DNA of 32,800 nucleotides from Oligoflexales bacterium (GTDB lineage Bacteria; Bdellovibrionota_B; Oligoflexia; Oligoflexales; CAIYRB01): NCBI GenBank assembly GCA_041736175.1, contig JBGSUI010000080.1, positions 1 to 32,800 of the forward strand, read 5' to 3'. Shown piece by piece: positions 27,436 to 32,800 of this stretch (position 1 is its first letter; each line of letters starts with the position of its first letter). The notes under the pieces were generated by a model. It saw only the letters and a program-made list of their open reading frames with translations, ran no database searches and was not told where the DNA came from. The position numbers and the translations under genes were made by a program.

Positions 27436-28830
27436 TCAGTCCTCCTCTGAGCCGCGATGGCCGTGTGACCTGCGGCCAGAGGCTGGATGGATTTTAATGG
27501 GACTGTCTTCGCTATGGCCTATGCCTAAGGCTGTTTCCAAATCATCTAGGAACTTCGATGGGGCTTTGGATAGACGATGCAGATCTGGGCGGTCGAGTGC
27601 TCGAGACACCCGCCAGGCTTGGTCCCCCCTCGCCGCTCCGAAAATAGCAAAGCGGCCTCCAACAAGGCCTGGGTCAAAGAGAACCTCTTTGCTACCATAC
27701 GCATCAGAGACAGAATCCTGAGCGATATATGTCGAGAGCTTCACCGCGGCGGACGAAAACCTTAGTGATATTTCCGACTGTAGAGGGGTTGCAAAGCTCG
27801 CGACCGTGGCAATAAGCGTCTTGCCTGACGTGGTCACCAGCGAGTTAAAACGTTTTTGCACTTCGAAGTAGAGGCGTTCCTCGACAGTAGCCGACTTGCT
27901 ATCTGACGCCCTAGCTTTCGCGAAGAGGAGCCCGCCCTCATCAATGACGGTGAGGTAGGGAACAGGGCAGTGCGGCAGGCGACGAACATCGTCAATGCCG
28001 GCTTCTGACAGCATAGCCTGACGGTGTGCCAGCAGCTTTTCAAGCTTCCTCAGGTAGTCATCGACCTCATCAATTGTGTGGAGGATAGTGATGCCAGGGT
28101 AATTCTTCGCACTGAAAATCCGAGACAAGTCGACGATAGCGAGGCGTAACTCCGGGATGGTTTTGGCCTGAGCCAAGATACTGTAAAGGAGCGTGCTCTT
28201 CCCCGTTCGAGTCGTACCGGCCAGCGTTATAAGGGGAGTAAACAAGTCCACAACTATCGGATCGCAAAGGCCGTCAAGCCCGATGACAATTTCGCCAAAA
28301 CCGAGCTTCACTCTATGTGCGGCCTTGGCAATCTGTCTGGCCGTGACGGGCCAATTGGTTCTGTCTCTCACGACTGCCCACTTAGCACCTAGAAGACGTC
28401 CCCACAACGGGGCGTCTACTACTTTTACATAACTGTCTCCGGTGGTTAAAAACTTTGCCGAGAGATGTTTGAGCATTTCGGTCTGAGTCGCCATAGCTTT
28501 TGTCCACCCTGGGCGTGGGACTATGAAAAGCGAACCGGGCAATCTAACAAAACGAGAATAGTGGTCTTTGGTGGTGCCTCGAACATCTGTTCTGGCCCAG
28601 GGTCCGCCTCTTCCGATGGTTTGCGACCAGACCTCGTGGCTTTTGCCTGGAATCAGCCAGGCGAAGAGTGAACCAAGCTTCTTTATAGCAGCCCAGCGGC
28701 CGTGGATAAGCCAAAGGATAAAGACCACGATCAAGGTTCCGACCACTACACCGGCATTTTGAATCGCGACGCCGAAATAACCGGTAAGTACCTTTGAATA
28801 CCAATGCGTAACGCTCAAGAAAATTTCCAT
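27436..28830 (-). CDS. FtsK/SpoIIIE-family DNA translocase (TraB/TcpA-like)
   Basis: GGAGG SD before ATG 28830; N-terminal TM; IVIGLD; Walker A AGTTRTGKST; Walker B TVIDEG. Confidence 0.85.
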   Translation of the reverse strand: MEIFLSVTHWYSKVLTGYFGVAIQNAGVVVGTLIVVFILWLIHGRWAAIKKLGSLFAWLIPGKSHEVWSQTIGRGGPWARTDVRGTTKDHYSRFVRLPGSLFIVPRPGWTKAMATQTEMLKHLSAKFLTTGDSYVKVVDAPLWGRLLGAKWAVVRDRTNWPVTARQIAKAAHRVKLGFGEIVIGLDGLCDPIVVDLFTPLITLAGTTRTGKSTLLYSILAQAKTIPELRLAIVDLSRIFSAKNYPGITILHTIDEVDDYLRKLEKLLAHRQAMLSEAGIDDVRRLPHCPVPYLTVIDEGGLLFAKARASDSKSATVEERLYFEVQKRFNSLVTTSGKTLIATVASFATPLQSEISLRFSSAAVKLSTYIAQDSVSDAYGSKEVLFDPGLVGGRFAIFGAARGDQAWRVSRALDRPDLHRLSKAPSKFLDDLETALGIGHSEDSPIKIHPASGRRSHGHRGSEED

Positions 28831-28847
28831 AAAAATTCCTCCGAGTT

Positions 28848-28897
28848 TTAAAAAAACTCCCGTCAGCAATGAACGACTTCAATGCGGCCGGGAGTTA
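28848..28897 (-). terminator. Long hairpin plus U tract just before the FtsK gene SD
   Basis: Minus strand reads AACTCCCG...GCATTGAA-GTCG-TTCATTGC...CGGGAGTT followed by a T run. Confidence 0.65.
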
Positions 28898-28913
28898 ACC
28901 TAATTGTTGATTA

Positions 28914-29336
28914 CTATTTTCTGGAACTGGCGGGAGCTGCGGCGGAAGAAGAGGCAGGTACTGTGGAGGGGGCTTCTACTTCGACGTCTGAGGGGCCTTC
29001 GTAGGCAATTGAATAAATGGACGTTAAACTATCCGGCAGCACCAAATACTCGGTGGACGATTCCTTTTCTAAGGGGAAAAGCTGCAATTCGACATTTTGG
29101 TTAATTTTCAATGGGCGATTTTCGAAGTCAATCAGCTTCAAGGGCACCTGGTGGGGAAAAAATGTCTTTGAATCAAGAGCTTCAACGGCTTCAACGATCG
29201 CGATCAAAATTTGATGCGGTCCTTTTGCCCAGGCAACGTCCTTTCCGCTACGGTCCTTAAAGGTCCCAGAGGATGCAGGTTTCTGAGTGACTTTGACGAT
29301 GCGACACCGAGTCTTAGCATTTGGAAAAAGTTTCAT
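28914..29336 (-). CDS. Hypothetical protein, possible OB-fold/SSB-like transfer accessory
   Basis: AAGGA SD; beta-rich with SGTFKDRSGKDVAW hairpin; low-complexity tail; upstream of the FtsK gene. Confidence 0.6.
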   Translation of the reverse strand: MKLFPNAKTRCRIVKVTQKPASSGTFKDRSGKDVAWAKGPHQILIAIVEAVEALDSKTFFPHQVPLKLIDFENRPLKINQNVELQLFPLEKESSTEYLVLPDSLTSIYSIAYEGPSDVEVEAPSTVPASSSAAAPASSRK

Positions 29337-29436
29337 ATGATCAATCCTTCTTGGTTTGACCGCAACTAGGTTGCGGTGTTTTGTTTAAGACACTGACACT
29401 CACACAGTCCGGGGGCAGACTAGACCCCTTTTTTTC

Positions 29437-29688
29437 TCAGTCAATCACCTCCTCAATCTCGTCGAGCGAGTAAGCCGTCTCCCAGGCGTAGCAAAGACGG
29501 GCAAAAAGTGGATGCCGAGGGTCAACATTAAGGAAAGATGCCAACGCCTCCCGACTAAATTTCTTTCGACGGGCAACTACCAACCCATCCTCCAACCTGA
29601 GCAGCCATTGTTGATTTCGATGGCCGCTGGCGTTACGCTCGCCCGTCACCATTAACACTCTGTTGTTGTCCACCATTTCCATTTTCAT
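29437..29688 (-). CDS. Small hypothetical protein
   Basis: ORF co-oriented with the ssb-like/ftsK/rep module; AAAGGT before ATG 29688. Confidence 0.55.
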   Translation of the reverse strand: MKMEMVDNNRVLMVTGERNASGHRNQQWLLRLEDGLVVARRKKFSREALASFLNVDPRHPLFARLCYAWETAYSLDEIEEVID

Positions 29689-30805
29689 AATTATTACCTT
29701 TCCGTCCGCTATCACGGACTTGAGTCAAATGTTAAAATCTTTAATCAATAAAACGTTTTATAAGTTAATTGTTTTCAACTAGAATCCATATTTGCCTCCT
29801 ACAGTTTTGCTATCAACACCCACGAGTGGGTGAAACAATGAAATTTCTAATTTAGAACGAGTTCATTTTTAACCCTCCTTGTTTCGCACTACCATTCTCC
29901 TTTTCGACAGCCTGCCCGTTATCAACATTTATTAAGCGAGACGTTGACAGTAACCTATCGGATTCAGAATTCTGGTTCGCTATTTAATTAAAATTGACAA
30001 ACCAGAATAGCTCTTCAACAAGTTACCGGTTTAATTAAAATCAAATAACCAAATGTTTTTATTTGATATTTTATAAAGACAAACCAAACGAGGTGAAGGA
30101 AAATCCAATTGATCCTGTTAGCCCAATTCGCTCCACTTTTTTGATTTGGATACGGCACGCTGCCTTTGACACCATTTTCATAGTCGCATAGAGCCGCATT
30201 TTTCACTGATTTGCGGCCAGGAAATGGGGCTTAGGTATTTTAGGCAGCTTGCTGGCAAGACTCGAAGCCCCCGCTGTTGTCGTCCGATAGGCCAAGCTCC
30301 ACGAAGTCCGCGACAGCCGGAATTGTCCCAGAAAACGTTTATTTTTCGACTTTCAAGATGCCCCGGACCGCATGATGGGGAAGGCAAAGGGAGGTGGTGT
30401 ATGGGCCACGATGTGGCGAATGGGCCTCGATACACCTAAACAAACAGCGCCAATACGACTCTAGCCCACATCGAATATCGAGGGGTAAATTTCGGGCGAT
30501 CAAGGCCAATCGGCGCCCGTCGGGGGGGCGATGGACATCGACCCGGTGGCTCGGCCTCAGACATGTGCCTATATATAGGCTCGGGCTTTGAAAATACCAG
30601 TGATGTTTATTCTTGTGGGCGTATTTGGTCCGTCACCTGCGTTAAATGGCGAACGACCATGGGTCTTCCGTTTCCTTACCTGGGAAGGGGAGGTTTTGGG
30701 GTGGAATCTTCTGGCTAGCCTTGGCGGACAAACCTCAACATCCCGGATGTAAAAAGAATTTGCCCTGAAGTCTTGGGTTGTGATAAGGTGCGCCCAGGTT
30801 AGTTA

Positions 30806-30821
30806 CCGACCGCGGGCACCA
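30806..30821 (+). repeat. attR core
   Basis: ccgaccgcgggcacca duplicates the tRNA-Leu 3' end. Confidence 0.88.
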
Positions 30822-31063
30822 TTTTGACTCAGCTAGCTCTCTGATTCCTAATCACAGGGCAGCATTGGGCTTGTGGCCGAGATCCTGGCTGTGATTCGAG
30901 CCTTAGGAAGATCATTTGGTGGTGGACCTATTTTGTCGCCCGATTGTGCGTGCCACAACACGTATTGTGTGGTTTTGGTTGGCAGTCTATCATTAGTCCT
31001 GCAAAGGATTAAGGGTTCCGCCAAGCCTAGCAAAAAAAATCAAAGCACGAAAGGAGTCGGGAC

Positions 31064-32161
31064 ATGAGTCAATCCCTAAAGCCGTCTCAACTCTCAAAAG
31101 TAACGATTGAAGGATTTAAATCAATTAAAGAGTGCGAGATCCCACTCACAAACATCAACCTACTTATAGGTTGTAATGGGGCTGGTAAATCCAATTTTAT
31201 CGGCTTTTTTAGGATGATCCAACAGATCATTGATAAGAATCTCCAACTGTATATCGCCAAACAAGGGGGGCCAGATGTGCTCCTCCACTTTGGACGCAAG
31301 AACACACCCCATCTTGCTGGTGAGCTATGCTTCGGAGAGAATGCCTACAAGTTCAGCTTAGAACCCACAGCTGATAACAGGATGGTCTTCGTCACAGAGA
31401 CTTCTCACTGGAAAAAGCATGGAGATTCGAAGCCGGTATCTGGCCATTTTGAGAGTAGCATCGATGCCGAGCAAGGAGTCCTAGCAGAATACGTTTACAA
31501 GGCCATGAAGAGTTGGCGAGTTTATCATTTTCATGATACCGGGGAAAACTCACCTATAAAACAATCTCAGATGATCCATGATAACGAGTACCTCCGCCCC
31601 GATGGACAAAACTTGGCGGCCTATCTTTATTTTTTAAAAAGCAAACATAAAAAAACTTATCATCGTATCGTACAAACCGTCCAGCTCGTCGCCCCGTTTT
31701 TTGGTGACTTTCATCTGCGACCAACCTCTCAAAATAAAGAGTTCATCGAACTGGAGTGGACCGAAAAGGGCCAAGATATCCCGTTCAAAGCCCATCACTT
31801 ATCAGACGGAACCATGCGTTTCATCTGCCTTGCCACTGTTTTTCTACAACCAGATGGGAGACAGCCTGATACGATCCTTGTGGATGAGCCCGAATTAGGT
31901 CTTCATCCCTACGCTATATCAGTCCTGGGTAGTTTAATCAAAAGCACAGCCATAGAGAAGCAGGTTGTGGTCTCTACCCAATCAGTAGAACTTCTCAATG
32001 AGTTTGAGGCCGAAGATGTTATTGTGGTGGACAGAAAGGATGGTCTCTCAACACTCAGGCGACTCAAAAAGGATGAGTTGGGCGAATGGCTTGATGAGTA
32101 TAGTCTCGGCGATCTTTGGAAGAAAAATATCCTCGGGGGAACCGTGCGGTACCCCCGTTAG
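31064..32161 (+). CDS. AAA_21/COG4637-type ABC-like ATPase
   Basis: IEGFKSI, GCNGAGKSN, LSDGT, LVDEPELGLHP, STQS; AAGGAG SD. Confidence 0.92.
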   Translation: MSQSLKPSQLSKVTIEGFKSIKECEIPLTNINLLIGCNGAGKSNFIGFFRMIQQIIDKNLQLYIAKQGGPDVLLHFGRKNTPHLAGELCFGENAYKFSLEPTADNRMVFVTETSHWKKHGDSKPVSGHFESSIDAEQGVLAEYVYKAMKSWRVYHFHDTGENSPIKQSQMIHDNEYLRPDGQNLAAYLYFLKSKHKKTYHRIVQTVQLVAPFFGDFHLRPTSQNKEFIELEWTEKGQDIPFKAHHLSDGTMRFICLATVFLQPDGRQPDTILVDEPELGLHPYAISVLGSLIKSTAIEKQVVVSTQSVELLNEFEAEDVIVVDRKDGLSTLRRLKKDELGEWLDEYSLGDLWKKNILGGTVRYPR

Positions 32162-32277
32162 GCCTTTGCCTGAAAGAGGAACTCGCTCCTGCCAATGGGG
32201 AGCTACGCTTCGAAGTTGCGGGCTAAGTTTGTGCATGCACAGATTTGGTACGATTATAGAAAGCGGCGTAGACTATT

Positions 32278-32800
32278 TCAGCCTGATTTCAGTGCATATT
32301 TTGCGGGGCGAAAGGCGGGCTTTGGCAAAACCACCCCCATTGACCATGCGACAGGGGACAATTTTGCTGACGAGAGCGGCTTCGATCCGTAAAAAAGCGT
32401 CGTGCCTGCGAGCGAGCTCGAGCCCATGACCGACCAAAATGCAATCCCCGTCTCCGCTGGCTCCAAAAACATCGAGATCGCTGCGACGACGATTTTTTTG
32501 ATCTCCAGGTGATTCTCATGGGCCCCGGACTCCAAAGCCTCCAGGATTTCCGCAAACTGACCGGGTCTCTGGATCGCTATGTTTCGAGCGATTTCAAGCA
32601 GCCGAGGAGAATGCCTTGCCAGCAGTACCACCAAAACCAGTGAAGTGTTTTTGTCCGTCAAACCAAAAAACCCAGGGTCCAACTCCATCGGAACTGAATG
32701 ATGTGAACCGAAATGATAATGCCGGGAAAGCAAATGAACTCCCAAATCGTGGCCTTTTTCCAAAGCCAAGGGAGATATGGCACGATAAATATCGACCGCG
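32278..32800 (-). CDS. 3' part of a hypothetical protein (starts beyond the window)
   Basis: Frame stays open to the window edge. Confidence 0.55.
   Translation of the reverse strand, partial: AVDIYRAISPLALEKGHDLGVHLLSRHYHFGSHHSVPMELDPGFFGLTDKNTSLVLVVLLARHSPRLLEIARNIAIQRPGQFAEILEALESGAHENHLEIKKIVVAAISMFLEPAETGIAFWSVMGSSSLAGTTLFYGSKPLSSAKLSPVAWSMGVVLPKPAFRPAKYALKSG

Larger units (their letters stand above)
12317..30821. mobile_element. tRNA-Leu-integrated element with tyrosine integrase, RCR Rep and FtsK/TraB-like ATPase
   Basis: Direct repeat ccg(g/a)ccgcgggcacca at 12317-12332 and 30806-30821; integrase adjacent to the tRNA; replication/transfer module at the far end. Confidence 0.9.

Noticed and set aside
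24117..29715. Filamentous phage (inovirus) interpretation of Rep + ATPase + SSB
   Set aside because: The ATPase has its TM at the N-terminus (FtsK/TraB type, not Zot/pI), and no run of small single-TM coat genes is visible
27254..29889. Stop-codon reassignment explaining the micro-ORFs
   Set aside because: Both TAA and TGA are involved, read-through soon meets further stops in the 29.8-kb cases, and neighbouring genes use these stops normally
30015..31067. Short ORFs around attR and the many antisense ORFs in the track
   Set aside because: No motifs or convincing SD; most are shadows of better-supported genes

Overview
Bacterial chromosomal window. The gene families (DUF1501/heme cluster, TIGR02147-like regulator, HNH/DUF222-like protein) suggest Bdellovibrionota/Oligoflexia; this is an inference. 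Bases 1-12.2 kb hold host genes: a partial HNH-type gene, an RCC1 propeller gene in a cassette flanked by 48-bp direct repeats, a DUF1501/cytochrome c cluster, a 2OG-Fe(II) oxygenase, an HD-GYP protein, beta-barrels, a matrixin and a DCC1-like protein. An element of about 18.5 kb (12317-30821) is integrated at tRNA-Leu(TAA). It has matching att sites, a tyrosine integrase, a rolling-circle HUH Rep and a membrane-anchored FtsK/TraB-like ATPase, with no visible T4SS or capsid genes. Its main cargo is a tightly coupled six-gene operon encoding a MACPF-like lipoprotein, a secreted Cys-rich peptide fused to a splicing-incompetent Hint domain, and a Hint-less paralog of that peptide. This operon is the best candidate for an undescribed system. 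An AAA ATPase gene and a partial CDS follow attR.
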